Assembly (NCBI GenBank): GCA_963693365.1
Contig: CAVNZM010000013.1
Span: 1,513,817-1,577,816, forward strand
Source: Amoebidium appalachense
Lineage: Eukaryota > Protista > Ichthyosporea
DNA: 64,000 nucleotides
Reading direction: 5' to 3'
In this document: positions 22,922-35,756 of the stretch, one piece after another
Position numbering within the stretch: the stretch's first letter is position 1
Layout: each line of letters opens with the position of its first letter
The notes under the pieces: model-generated
What the model was told of the DNA's origin: nothing
What the model saw: the letters and a program-made list of their open reading frames with translations, nothing else
Databases searched by the model: none
Made by a program: the position numbers and the translations under genes

Positions 22922-25900
22922 GTAATTGCCGGTGCTAGATGCACGGATACGGCATGTATTGCACATTGTGACCCAGTGGGTCACGAAGAAGTAATTAAAA
23001 ATGTGCCTATACCACGTGCTTCTGCCCCGGCTTCTTCCGATATTCCCCCCTCCGAGCCCCTTTCCCCCGACCCCCGACCCCCGACCCCCCCACACCTATC
23101 CCCCCCCACAAAGAAACTTCGAACACTCGATAGAATAAGAAAAGTGTTCGATATAAGTGCCATATGCAATGCAGGAAAACGTATCTATGTTAATCATTGT
23201 TACGTTGAGTAATGAAAAATACTTTGCATTGTTTGACACTGGGGCATCATTCACGGTGGTTAGTGAAGCTGTTTTTTCCCGACACATGCAGGAGTTTGCT
23301 TTGCAACCCTCTGATGTGATTGTTACTTCCGTACGAAAAAACGATAAAGCTCTAGCTGTGTGTGGTGAAGTGATGCTCCCGTTATGCCTCGGTTCTCAAA
23401 CATTCATGTGGCCTTGCTTAGTAATTAAAAATATTAAGCATGACATGATTATTGGGAACGATTTTGCCAACAAACACATTGCCACCACTAATCATCAAGC
23501 ACACTCACTAACACTGGTGTCGGGGATGGTGGTGCCGACGTCATCTTTGCACACCCCCTACACAATGTGTCCTGTTACCGTCAAGCACGACACCACCGTC
23601 AAATCTGGCTTCGGATGTGTATTACGTGCAACGGTGCAGGTGACTGCTGCTGCTGCTGCTGCTGGCACCCTCGGTATCTTCGAGCCTACTCGTGAATTTC
23701 GAGATAAGTTCCCCCCCACCATCTGTGAAATTAGTGTGGATAAATCGATTGCTGTTGTGTGCGAAAATGGTGTGGGTCCGGATTTGAACGTGTTCGGTAC
23801 CATCGGTCATTTCGTTCCTACGAGCCGACATGAGTACATACACGAACTGAGTGTTTTGCAAGCCGAACCCCACCCCAGTCGTACACAAACCGTCGTTGGT
23901 GCAATAGCGCAGTGCATCAGGTGGGCAACGGGGGGTGGAGAAGGTTGCCTACCCAATTCACCTCCGGCCGTGCCACCGGGCCGGGTGCCTACCGATAACA
24001 TGTGTGGGCACGAAGGGCATGTGAGTGGGACACGAGGCGGTCCGATACACTCACCGATCGACCAATCAATGTGTGCCGTTGATCATGAAACCCCCCCCCC
24101 CACGAAAAATTTCGGAAATTTCGGGTGGGGGTGCACTGGCACACGATGCCGGCCAGGCTCCCCACGGTTTTGATTGGATTAGGGTGCCTCAGAGTATGCT
24201 TCCGGATGTCAAGAAACTATTAGAAGCACACTCTCGTTGCTTCATCACTACGGACCCCGACGAATTTCCTCAGATTAAAGGATTCACCATGCACATAGAC
24301 ACGGGAGATAACCCACCGATTCGATTAAAACAGTGGAGGTTGGAACAAGTGAAAGAGCAGGCTGCAAAGGAGATCGTAGAGGATATGTGTCGTAGAGGGC
24401 AGATGGAACAAGCACACAGTCAGTATAATTCACCCACCTTCGTAATACGAAAACCAAACGGAAAATACCGTCTGCTGACTGATTTTCGTGCTCTTAACAA
24501 GCAAATTCGAAAATCTGCCTGGCCCGTGCCCAACTTGCAACAACAAATAGAGAAGTTGGCTGGGTATAAGTATTTCTGTAAAGCTGATATGTCGGGTGCC
24601 TTTTACCAAATACTGCTAGACGCTGAGTCACGTGAAAAAACAGGATTTTCTGTGGCTGGTGTGCAGTATCGTTATTGTGTGGCACCACAGGGGCTAAGTA
24701 CTTCCCCGTCCCAGCTAGCCCAGTCTATCATGACACAGATTTTGGCCCCTCTGGCCGATGACGTGGTGGTATATGCCGATGATTTAGCTGTGGGTGCCCA
24801 CACCGAAAAAGAATTAATACAGAAGCTTGACCGACTTTTCACCCGTCTCGGTGAATATGGAGTTAAGCTCGATGGGGCAAAGACATACATTGGGCTCACG
24901 GAAATACCGTTTTTGGGTTGGATTGTAGGTGTGAATGGCATTCGGCCCGACCCGAAAAAGGTTCAGGCAGTGAAAGATTGACCGGTACCAAACACACTAC
25001 ACCAACTCCGGGGTTTTCTGGGTATTACTTCGTATCTCCGCCGTCACATTTTAAATTATGCAGAGCGAGCCCGGCCCATGAATGCCGAGTGTTACGGAGA
25101 AAAACACCGACGGTTAAAATGGACGGACGAATTAGATCGCTCGTTTAAAGATTTAAAATCGGCGTTATCGGAGGAAGTACTACTTGCCCTGCCCGATCTT
25201 TCCCCCACGGGGGGTCAGTTTCTTATTCGTTGTGATGCTAGTCGGTTCTCGGAAGGGGCTTGCCTGTATCAAAAACAAAAAGATGGCAAGTTCCGCACGG
25301 TCACGGTGGCATATGCCTCCCGGATGTTTCAACCTACCGAACGTAGGTGGAGCAACATCGAACGAGAAACGCATGCAATCTATTGGGCACTGAAAGAGTT
25401 TAGGGTGTACGTGTATGGTCGAGTGAATACTATTGTGGAAAGTGACCATAAGCCCTGTCTTTCTCTTAAAGGTGTCAAACGGATAGCGAACGAACGGATG
25501 CAACGGTGGGCGTTGGAAATGCAGGAGTATGATTTCGACCTATACTACCGTCCTGGCCCTACCATGCACGATGCTGATGGGTTAAGCCGTATAGGATATA
25601 TTCTGCATGAGAACGAAAACATACCACTGGAAAAGTGGGATGTGAAAAAGGAATTACAAGAGGTTCTCACAGCAGATTTATCCGAGCTTAGCTCGAAACC
25701 AGCCGAAGTGTTTGTTGATTGGGGTGATGCACTCGAATTCACACACATTTTCGACCCAGACCGCTTGAAATGTGCACAAATTTCTGCACTCAGTCAAGCC
25801 GGCCTGCCCTCCCTTTCTGCACTCGGTGCCAGTGGTGCCGGCTATCAGAAGGAAGCAATTATGATGGCACAGGGGGGGACAAAATGTGTAAGGATATAAT

Positions 25901-27465
25901 CACGTGGCTCCGGTGGCTTGCCTCCCTCGATGCCGAAGCCAAACGGGAATGGCAGGCAGGGGGGGAACGAGCTGCACAGGGTCTTAATCTTGAGTATTTC
26001 GGATACAAAAAGGTTAAGAAAATAGCACAAATGTGTGTGATAGAGGATGACGTGCTTTATCATGTGGCTAAGGATGGTCGTCGTTGCCTATATGTGCCCG
26101 AAATCCTTCGTGCTGATTTATTAAGAAGTGTGCACGACGGGGGGGCTCATACTGGCATTGAACGAACTTACGAAAGATTATACAATTACTATTGGCCATG
26201 CATGCACAAAGATATCACTGCTTATGTGAATGCCTGCACAGTGTCACAGTGCCAAGGCCGTAACGATAACCCACACTTGAGAAGTAGGCCATTTGAACAG
26301 AGATACGAAAATTTAAAAATGTTCTCTCGTGTTCAACTGTTGACCTTATGGGTCCGTTCACAGAAACGAAAAATGGTAATACTTTCATTTGTGTGTTTAT
26401 GGATATGGCAACGAAGTATTTAATCACTGTGCCCATCCAATCTAAGCATGCCGTTAATGTTGCACATGCACTCATGAATGTAATTTGCTATATACACGGC
26501 CCCCCTCGCACACTCTTGAGTGATCAAGGATCAGAATTTCTCAATGAGCTAATTGTTGAGGTTTGCCGTATAGCAAATATTGCACAAGTGAGCACCTCTG
26601 CATATCACCCACAAAGCAACGGTTCCAATGAACGGTCTCATAGATTTATAATAATGCACTCTCAAAGTACGTTAATTATGAGCACACTAATTGGGACACT
26701 CTGTTGCCGGTGGTTACACATGCATACAACACAACAACACACAAAATTTTGCAATGTACACCGTATTATCTTGTGTACGGGCAAGAAGCAACACAATTCC
26801 CTGACGTTGCCCTTCTTAGCAGTAACCACCCGGCACTCAAGGACCCAGAGTGGAAGGCATACCGGCGAGAGTTACTAGCCCGTCTGCCTCTGCTCCGTGC
26901 TGTGGTCCAGCAACGTGCCGTACGAGAGCCCCCAGGCCCCTCGGTGGCTCGTGAATTTATTATTAATAAGTAGGGTGCACGGATTCGTGTTCGGAATCAA
27001 GCCAAAAATATCGGTGCCTGGGATGTACGGTGGATTACGGGTTACGAAATCGTCAAAAGGGTCGGCCCGGTCACGTACGAGATCCGAAGCTTAGCAACTA
27101 TGAAGAAATCTAAGTGGCACGTGGACGATATTCAGCTTGAATTGAGTGAGCAAAATAGAATTCGGCCTCAAGATCTCTCTCACCTCCCGGACACCGTGAC
27201 GGGCGATAATCACAATTTCAACAAGGTTCTGCCGGACGAGTGGGTGGTGGAAAAGGTGCTTGACGTAAGAATTCAGAAACGGCGCAAGCAATCCACCCCT
27301 TACAAGTGGTACCAGATCAAGTGGGCAGGCAAAGATGAATCATTCACCTCTTGGGAGTGTGAGAAAGACTTAGCCTGCCCGGACAAGATCCGAGAGTTCC
27401 ACCAACGCAGAGGTGACCTTGCATCGTTCCACGGATACATTGACTCATTGTGTGGAGCATGGTGA
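22922..27465 (+). pseudogene. pol: Chromovirus pro-pol (PR, RT, RNase H, integrase, chromodomain) with frameshifts and a premature stop
   Basis: ALFDTGAS; YRLLTDFRALN, YADD; CDAS...SDHKP; HDGGAHTG...YYW...C; SDQGSEF, YHPQSNGSNER; WVVEKVLD...YQIKWAG...SWE. Confidence 0.96.
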
Positions 27466-27505
27466 CGTATGTCGAGGACGACATACTTCTTTTTACGGTG
27501 GGGCG

Positions 27506-28114
27506 TGTGGTATATTATACCGGATATCTAGTATGGATGTACACAGGTTGAGATATACGCGCACGTGTACATGTATATATACCACTGTGTTTGATCTTAG
27601 GTAGGCCAGTATGCATGTCCCCCCCAGTCTTGTGCGCATGAGCATGGAGTTAAACATATGTGCACGTGCAGCTTGCAGGATTATTCATGGGAAAACAGAT
27701 ATAATAGTCACATGGGACCGACACGTAGTAGAGGAACCATGAGCGTTAAGTTATAGTTTTATCATGGGAAAATATGCAAGTAGCCGTGAGGTATGACTGT
27801 GGAATGCATCGCTTCAAGTACTGTCACCCGATTGGCTCACAAAGTTTATTGGAACCGTGATAGCCATGGGACAGAACCGTGAACCGTATGTGATTGGCTC
27901 TCGTAGCCAAAAAGGACATACCGATGCGCATGTCTGAGCCGCTGTGCGAGCTCCGATATAAGGGCATGTCGGGGGCTTCAGAGCTCACTGAGTGTGCTCG
28001 GCTTACTAGGTGTAAGTAGGACTAGCACGTAACTTAGCAAAGCGTGGTCTAGTCAACCCCCGTTCATTTACAAATATATTGTTTGTCACGGACACACGAT
28101 CATTCTATACAACA
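27506..28114 (+). repeat. 3' LTR of chromovirus (609 bp)
   Basis: Differs from the 5' LTR by about 3 substitutions and 4 small indels (counted by eye). Confidence 0.95.
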
Positions 28115-30487
28115 AACCCGTATTCAGACAAAGGGCGAATATATGTGCGAAATATACTAAGACGATTGTATAGGTGGACAGTATGAGAAAGAGTAGCAAG
28201 ATACACATCCCTAAATAACCGAAGACACCTGCCTGCACTCTCCACCCGACGGTCGATCATCCGTTTGAAACATATGCCCCATTCGTCCACCGGAATCCCC
28301 AAATACTTGTATTCGATTGGGCGAGGGAGGGGACTGCCGAAAATACAAACGTCGTCCCATGCCGGTATCGATTTTGATAAAAGGGCACACTTTTTGACAT
28401 TAATCTGCATATCGTTGCGCTGGCACCAATGTTCAACCACACGAATGTATTGCCGTAGTTCGAGAGGATCGGATGACATAAGCACAATATCGTCGGCAAA
28501 AAAGAGGGCGGGGGGAGCCTGGGATGGCAACCCCCCGTCAATTTGTGCCGCAGAAAGAGTGTCGGCTAAATCATCAATATACAGGTTGAAAAGAAGAGGA
28601 CTTAGCAGGGACCCTTGAAGTACCCCGCGCGTGCGGGTAAACCCCGGGGAGAGCCGCCCATTAACCACCGCTCGTCCGCGTGTAAACGTAAACATAGCTT
28701 CCAGTAGCCGACCCATTTGGAATGGGACACCGCGAGTGGCCAACTTGGCCCACAGGCGAGGGAGGTCGACCGTGTCGTACACGTTCTTAAAATCGATAAA
28801 TACGAGGTGCTCGGTATCACTTTGAGTTGCATTATGTAGAGTGAGGATTTGTGCGTAACATGAGTGTCGATGCCGAAACGCCGCCTGAAGAGGGCTCAGC
28901 TGGGAAGCCTGCTTAAGGGTGGGGTTACGGGAAAAGGCCTGTAAAAGGCCACTTTCGAATAATCGGCGAAAAACGGACGTAAGGGTGATAGGGCGAAATT
29001 CGTGGATGGGACCCTGTGCAACCGTTTTCTTGATGGGAAACACTAAGGTGGCTAGCCACTCCGAGGGCACTTTACCGACATCAGAATACCAGCTAAACAA
29101 CTCGCTAAGAATACATGTAAGTGGTGGCGGCGGGCCACGCTTTTCGTCTTTCTCGGGTCGGGATGGGATGAGTACCTTAAGTAGTGCCATAGGGATGCCG
29201 TCCGGCCCGCACGCTTTGCGGGACGGGTAACGGGAGACTAACTGCCATACCGCATCTGGGGTAAAAAGTTCCCCCAATTCAGCCCCAAACTCAGCCGGCC
29301 CCGCTGGCCACGCCGTGTGTGGTGGTGGTGGTGTGTCGGAGGGTGGAACAAAAACAGGAGGGGGCGCCTGCCCCAGGTCCGTGGCCGTACATGTCGGGTT
29401 ACGTTTAAACAGCCTGAGGGTGCCGTAAAAGGAATCGGTTGCAGATTCCGGGTCGGATGACGGGTCGGCCGTTATTCGAATCGAATGATCGCCGCGATCA
29501 ATCTTCCGAATATTACCCAATAGCATGTGATACGGTAGAGGCTTACGTAAGGCAGCCTCCGCTCGAGGGCCGCGAGTGTGTGTAGTTCGTGCTTGTGGGT
29601 AAACTTGGGCACCTAAACAGGCATATTCACCTATGTCCCACAAGGTTTCTCGTACTGTAGACCAGACGCTATCGATGAAGGTCTGGTCGGTGCGTAGCGG
29701 GGTTTGGCGTCCATCACGCACAAGCGATAGTAGACTCGGTTGCACCGTCTGGAAAAAGAAGCAAGTGTCTGCTTGGCCGCGCTGGCTTTTAAGTTCGCGT
29801 ACGTTAAGTCTGTAAGTGTGTTGTGGTGACGGCGTAGAAAGGCTAAGTGTAGTGCGAAAGACTATAGGTAGGTGGTCTGACGGTGGTGGGTGTAGGTTGT
29901 GGTGTATGTGTTAGGTGCAAGGACCAGAGGCTGCCCCCCAGTCCGTGCGGTGTTCTTGTACTACAGATGGAAGAGTAAGGCGTAAGGCTGTAACAAAAGT
30001 GTGGAAGGTTGGCGTGCGTGGGTGGTTGGGTTTAAGTAGGGCCTGTGGGTGGCCGTGTAGGGGGTGTGGGGTGGTGATTAGCGGGCTATTAAAGTCTCCT
30101 AACACTAGTGTGGGAACGGTTATGTGGGGCGATGGTGTTAAGTTCGTGTTTAAGTGCTAGCAGTGGAAGGCTAGGTGGAAAATAAACAAAAGCGCATATA
30201 TGGCCACAAACTGAGATGGTGAGTGTGTGTATTGTACGTGCTAAAACTGAACAGTGGTTAACAAAGTGGGAGGCGGCGATGAACACTATGCCGGAGTGAG
30301 GCTTGTGGCCCACAGGCTGAGTAGACTCGCCCACGAGCCGTCCAGACCGACGAAGTGTGGCGTGGTCTCGCCACCACGTTTCTGCGACACTGTCAATAAA
30401 CGGGAACTCCTGTTGGGATAACAAAAGAAGAAACTGTGCTTTACTCTTATTTAGACTACGAGCATTCCAGAAAAGAAAGGAAAGCAT
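28115..30487 (-). pseudogene. LINE B ORF2 N-terminal part: APE endonuclease plus RT (disrupted)
   Basis: FWNARSL, AETW, GDFN, SDHLPI; KACGPDGI, FRPITL, GVLQGSLLSPLLFN, FADD, YKYLG. Confidence 0.93.
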
Positions 30488-30489
30488 GC

Positions 30490-31594
30490 TTACTGGGAGT
30501 TGGCAGGTGCGGCGGTGGGGTCGTAGGGCTTGCTGAAGACCTGCACGTGCTGAGCCTCCCAGTAGGCACGCACCTCAGCTGCTGTTTTGGCCCGGCTGTC
30601 GTGTGCCGGGTAAAGTGTGGCTGCCTTGACAGCCCATGCGTGGGCGTTGGCCATTCTTGCAAGCACCCGGCGTTGCCAAGAGGCCCGGGCAGCGGCCTCT
30701 GCGTCAGCACGGTTAAGTGTGGTGTTGTAGGGAGCCGTAGGATCGAAGTCTGCGAGAAAGGTGGCGTCGGTAGCACGTTGGATGATGTTTATGAGGGTAT
30801 CACGGTAGCCGGCACGCACAATGAACACTGTGTAGCGACGGCCAATGAAGAGCATGTCGGGAATCATTCGGTTGAGGACACCGAGGGTGTAAAGACGGTC
30901 ACGCATGGTGCTGATGTTGGCCGGCACCATGGTGAAGGCTGCAGTGGTCAACTCGGACTCGTCGGTACCCTGAGGGGCAGGGTCAGACGCCACCCGAGGG
31001 CGGCGGGTTGGGTGCAGTGCTGACGCCGCGGCAAGGGCTGCCAAAGCCTGGGTAGCCCCGTGGGTCTGGGCCACCGACTCGGCATACGTTTTGACTTTCT
31101 CGGACACGTACACGGTCTTGGCGTCCACCGTAGTGCGGTACACCTTAGGATTCGTTGTGGGTATGAACTTGGGAGACCCCGGGGGGGCCCGCGTGGGCAG
31201 GGCCGGTGGGGGTTGCCCGGTCAGCTTCCAGCTGCCGTAAGCGCGTCTTCATTTGCTGAACAAGGAGGTCTCTGTGGTCCTGTTTGGCTTTATACTCAGC
31301 TACTTGGGTTGTTAAGTCGGAGACTTGGGTGCGGAGCTGCTCATGATGCGCCATAAGTTTGAGCACGGATTTCCTAGCCTTCTCGGGTATCAAGTGCAGT
31401 TGTTCTTTCGTAATAAAACTACTTGCTGGCGGCACGGCCGGTGGCGCTTGAACCTCGGGAAAGGGAACCTGTTCCGCTCGGCTCTGTTTAGTTAGCCTCT
31501 TATCTGGGGATTCTCCTTCCCGTGTATCACGTTTGCGGCTCCCAGGCGGTGTCCCAGGAGGGTCCGGGGACAAGGATGCGTCCTGAGACGCCAT
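30490..31594 (-). pseudogene. LINE B ORF1 (two frames, probable frameshift near 31144), coiled-coil-like segment
   Basis: Starts MASQD, contains a helical LRTQVSDLTTQVAEY segment; stop lies 2 nt before the ORF2 ATG. Confidence 0.7.
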
Positions 31595-31694
31595 GGTTGG
31601 GTTCTAGCTGCCCCTCTAGGGGCCTAAGTAGAGGTGGATGCCCAAGTACAGGCGGATGCCTAAGTAGAGAAAGTAAAGAAAGAAAAAAAAAAAG

Positions 31695-31872
31695 AAAACA
31701 AAACGTGTTAAAAAAGAAAAAACCCCCCCGTGTGAAAGAAAAAAACTGTGAAAGAAAAAAACGTGTGAAAGAAAAAAACTGTGAAAGAAGAAAACGTGTG
31801 TGAAAGGAAAAAACGTGTGAAAGAAAAAAACGCGTGAAAGAAAAAAACGTGTGCAAAGAAAAAAACGTGTTT
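31695..31872. repeat. Degenerate ~17-20-bp tandem repeat (AAAAAACGTGTGAAAG) at the LINE B 5' end
   Basis: About 9 adjacent units upstream of ORF1. Confidence 0.8.
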
Positions 31873-34103
31873 TATGCAAACATCAATATGTGCTTTACGC
31901 AAAAATTTATTTCCTCGATCAATCAAACCAATCACAATACGAGTCCTCGATCAACTTTTCCTCCTTTTCGTATCTACATTATCGCATGGACCCTTGTAGA
32001 ACGGCACGGCCGGCAGCTGCGCGCAGCTCACGGCCATCTAGGTGTTTCTAGATGGCCGTGGCGCAGCTGCAGGCTGATCATGACGCCAGGGCCTGCCGGC
32101 GAGCCAACTCAGATGCATGAACGACAACTCACCCGTAGGGGGCCCCCCGGCAGATTCGGCCTTCTTCCACAACCGGGCCGTTTGGTTGGCTGGCGCGGGG
32201 CCGGGGTTACGTAAGGCGGTGGGGTCGGGGGGCCCAGACCACGATATGGAGGTTTGGGGGGAGGCCTGCGCAGGGCCTTACGTAAGCCTTACCGTGACGT
32301 AAGGCGGTCAGGCGGCGGCGGGCGCTAGGTAGAGCACGATACGGAAGACGTGGGTCTGGGGAGATTTATGTGGCCAATCGGGTTGCGCGGTTGTGAAACT
32401 TGCGCTAATGACGTCGTTAGCAGGGGACCAGTCAGATTCTTCGGTCGTGGAAGTTGCAGAAGTGGCCTCGTGAGCCGTGATAGTGAACCAGTCGGAGGGC
32501 CCGGTTGTGAAAGTTAGCTAATGAGCGTTAATTACACCTGTAGCTTGCACAACCGGGCGATACCATTGGGTAGGCCTTTTGAATGAAATGGTTGGGTAGG
32601 AATCACGGTATTTGTCTTAGCGGCTAGTGGAGAGGTATAAAAAGGGTGAACACGATGTCGTCGATCACTTTGTGATGCAGCGCGGTGTGGAGCAGGGCAC
32701 TCAGAAGAAAGCTGTCTGGAGCGAGCTTTTTTCTTGTTAGTACTGCATAACAGTCAAACTCGAGTGTGGATATCTTTGAACACGAGTAGGAGGTTTCCTC
32801 TTTGTCGAAGTACTGTTTGTTGTTTTTTTGACAAATAGTATGTTAAGATAGTCGCAGAAGTTCTTTCTTTTTACAACTTTTTTATTGCGGACTGCGGCTG
32901 AGCTGTCAATGTTAGGCACCTCATAGAATTATGGTCGGATCATTTTTCGAAGCTTCGTGAACATGAATTATTGGCGGCAACTGATCTGAGTGCGAGCTGA
33001 TGGCGCTTCAAGCTGAGATTGGTCAGGGCCGGAATCGGATCCCTGACTGGGGCATAAGCTCCGCATGCAGATAGCGGCGCGGGTGTGGATCAGAGATAAC
33101 ACCAGAAATAGGGGTGCTCTTTGATGGAAAGAACTGTTGTTTGAGGGGTGTCGTTCCGTATTTGGGCTTCATAGCTTACTATATATTAGAGATAGCTTAT
33201 GCTTTTTTTTGACAACAAAATAAACCGGATATATGTTCATGATCATGCAATCGATGACACCAAAGCATGCACGCTGCGCGCATACACTGTCATTCATATA
33301 TATGCTAATGTTCAGCCCCTGAAATGCCCAAACCTTTAAATTGAAAAACACAAAAATTTTCATTTGGGGGGGGTAAGTACACAAGCAAGTACTCCCTTCA
33401 CTCGGCATGAAGTTGGCAAAGGAATCAAAACGCTGCCGCGTATACCAATCCCTTTCATACGGGCCGGTTCAGTAGTCACGGGTATACTACCGTGCAGAGA
33501 CCCAAACCGTTTTAGCGACCGATTAGGTAGCTTTTTGGCCCGAAAGTCACTTTCCAAATTGGGAGCGATAACGATTTTCATTGGACAAAAGTTTCAGATC
33601 ATACTATATAAGGCAGCTGCGCATGGATCTAAAGGTCACTTTTTGGGGCTAACAAGGGTTCAGCGTGTAAAACGGCGGGCCGGGCCGGGTCCGGGCCCGC
33701 GCCGCCAACAGGTGCATTGTGGGTCGAAAGACGCGTAGGGCTACCTTTTTCGTAAAAACGGTTTTTTGCAGTTTCCTTATATGGCTAATCGGATCGAACC
33801 GGATTCGATCTGGACCAATCATAAATACCCCTTGGCAGAGTTTTCTCGTTACGACACGTAGGGCTACCTTTCCCGTAGGGCTACCTTTCCGTAGGCGGTT
33901 CATCTTTATAGCTTTAGTTGTTGCAGATATGTACTTGTGCGAACTCACGGCGGCATATGCCTACGTGCGCAGCCGGGGCTGCCAGCCCGCTCAGCCCCAG
34001 ACCCACTAAACTTTCTCCTAGCACACTGGCAGGTTTACTACCGCTTCACTGCCAAAATCTTCTAAGACAAAAAGCACGTAGGAAGAACACAGTCCTCAAA
34101 AAT

Positions 34104-35300
34104 ATGGGGTCTGCTGTAGAGGCGACAAATACTGTCAAGCCTGAGCCAAGCGATACAACTTTTGTTAGTAGCAATAATAACAATACAAATAGTAATGATT
34201 GCAGTGTTTCTAACGAGAAACCTACAAGCAGTAATACACGTAATAGCAATAGTGGTGATAATACCCCCATTAGAGTCCTGAGCCAAGGTATTGATATGCA
34301 CACCTACCTATCAGGGTTTTCAGGTTTTTTTCTGGAAAAAGAGCTCTCGTCACCCATTTTTGACAATGTTGTGAACACAACTGCATGTTTAGAACATGGT
34401 GTCAGAGCAGAGTCACAAAGACAAACACACCAAGAAACCATCGCGTGTCAACACAATTCCTCTGGAACGGCCCGAGTTCACGTCGAAGGTGCGAATTCAG
34501 ACCTCAAGTTGGAAAACGAAGAAGGCTCGGTAGGAGATGGGGACAGTGTTTGTGTTGTTACCACGTGTGATAAGTATGTGGGAGGTGACCGCTACACAAT
34601 CACTTTCGGAACACAGAAAACCAAATCCGAGTGCATAACGTCAGCTGAAACCCGCTCCCAGCCCACCGGTTACAGCACTGAACATGCAGTCGCTGACGAA
34701 ATCCGAATCACGGCAGCCGGCAGGAGGGCAATAATAGAGGAATATCGTCAGAGAAGGCTCGAGAACGCGCGGCAATACATCAAACAGAGCTTGTTGGTGC
34801 ATCTAGTCATCCTAGTTATAGCCATCGGGTTTGAGAGCCTTTTCTTGGCGCTGTGCACTTTGGTCACGCCAAGGTCACCCCATTCGGCTGTTCGTCTGCA
34901 GGCAGATGTTCTCCAAGCCGCACAGGCGCAACTTGAGGTTGCACTTGCACAAACACCGAAAAATGAAACCGCAATTTCGGTTGCAAACAGTGATTTGGAT
35001 AGGGAGGTGGCAGCTTTCCGGGAGGTGGTGTTGATTTCGACCGAGCAGGGAAGGAAACTTTTCATGTTGGAGGTAAGTTTTGAACCACGCTGTAAATTTA
35101 TCAAATCCTAATGATTCTGTGATACATATACAGTGATGTTATTCAGAAGAACGGCAACTTCCCGAGAGTTTATTCCAAAATGTTTGGGCACATTTTTTTT
35201 AGAGTTTTACTGCTCGAAACTCAGAAAAGAAATTTCGCGCGCGCACATATTACCAACACGCTGACCCCGATGGCACGTGCATACACCCTCAAACACACAA

Positions 35301-35378
<78 letters not shown>

Positions 35379-35542
35379 ACACACTTGCACACGCGCGCAC
35401 ACACACACACACGCCTCAACAGTGACCATAATACCCGTGCGCACACAAGTAACAGACATCTACAAAACCACAGATACCGGCACACACACCTATACTGTGC
35501 AGACACGCATTGTTGCATTTGCACCGGCCAACCCACCAACCT

Positions 35543-35581
<39 letters not shown>

Positions 35582-35588
35582 CGGGGGC

Positions 35589-35619
<31 letters not shown>

Positions 35620-35705
35620 ATAACATTTACTTGAACATGACACACACTTTTCGCTGCTACCATTTGCAGAACACATGTCAGCACACCTACAACCTCCTTT
35701 CCCCC

Positions 35706-35756
<51 letters not shown>

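Larger units (their letters stand above)
4418..28114 (+). mobile_element. Ty3/Gypsy chromovirus LTR retrotransposon, degenerate, with nested insertions
   Basis: TG...CA LTRs; 5-bp TSD AACCC at 4413-4417 and 28115-28119; domain order gag-PR-RT-RH-IN-chromodomain; purine-rich tract just before the 3' LTR. Confidence 0.95.
3403..31870 (-). mobile_element. LINE family B (ORF1 plus APE-RT ORF2), split by the LTR retrotransposon at 4418-28114; 5' boundary approximate
   Basis: Removing 4418-28114 and one AACCC restores ...RPLSEYG/LPLLAMAP..., colinear with family A FPACEYGLPLLAA. Putative 3' end AATAAAAAGTGTGTAAACCC at 3403. Confidence 0.85.

Noticed and set aside
24088-24125. Programmed pro/pol frameshift at AAA-(C)n
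   Set aside because: Cannot be separated from homopolymer slippage or sequencing error in a copy with many frameshifts.
24979-24981. TGA at a conserved Trp (KD*PVP) suggesting a UGA=Trp genetic code
   Set aside because: Single case in a frameshifted element; other Trp codons are TGG. Most simply a G>A mutation.
3330-31906. 12-bp inverted match ATTTTTGCGTAA/TTACGCAAAAAT flanking LINE B as an outer element
   Set aside because: The match does not extend, is AT-rich and has no TSD.
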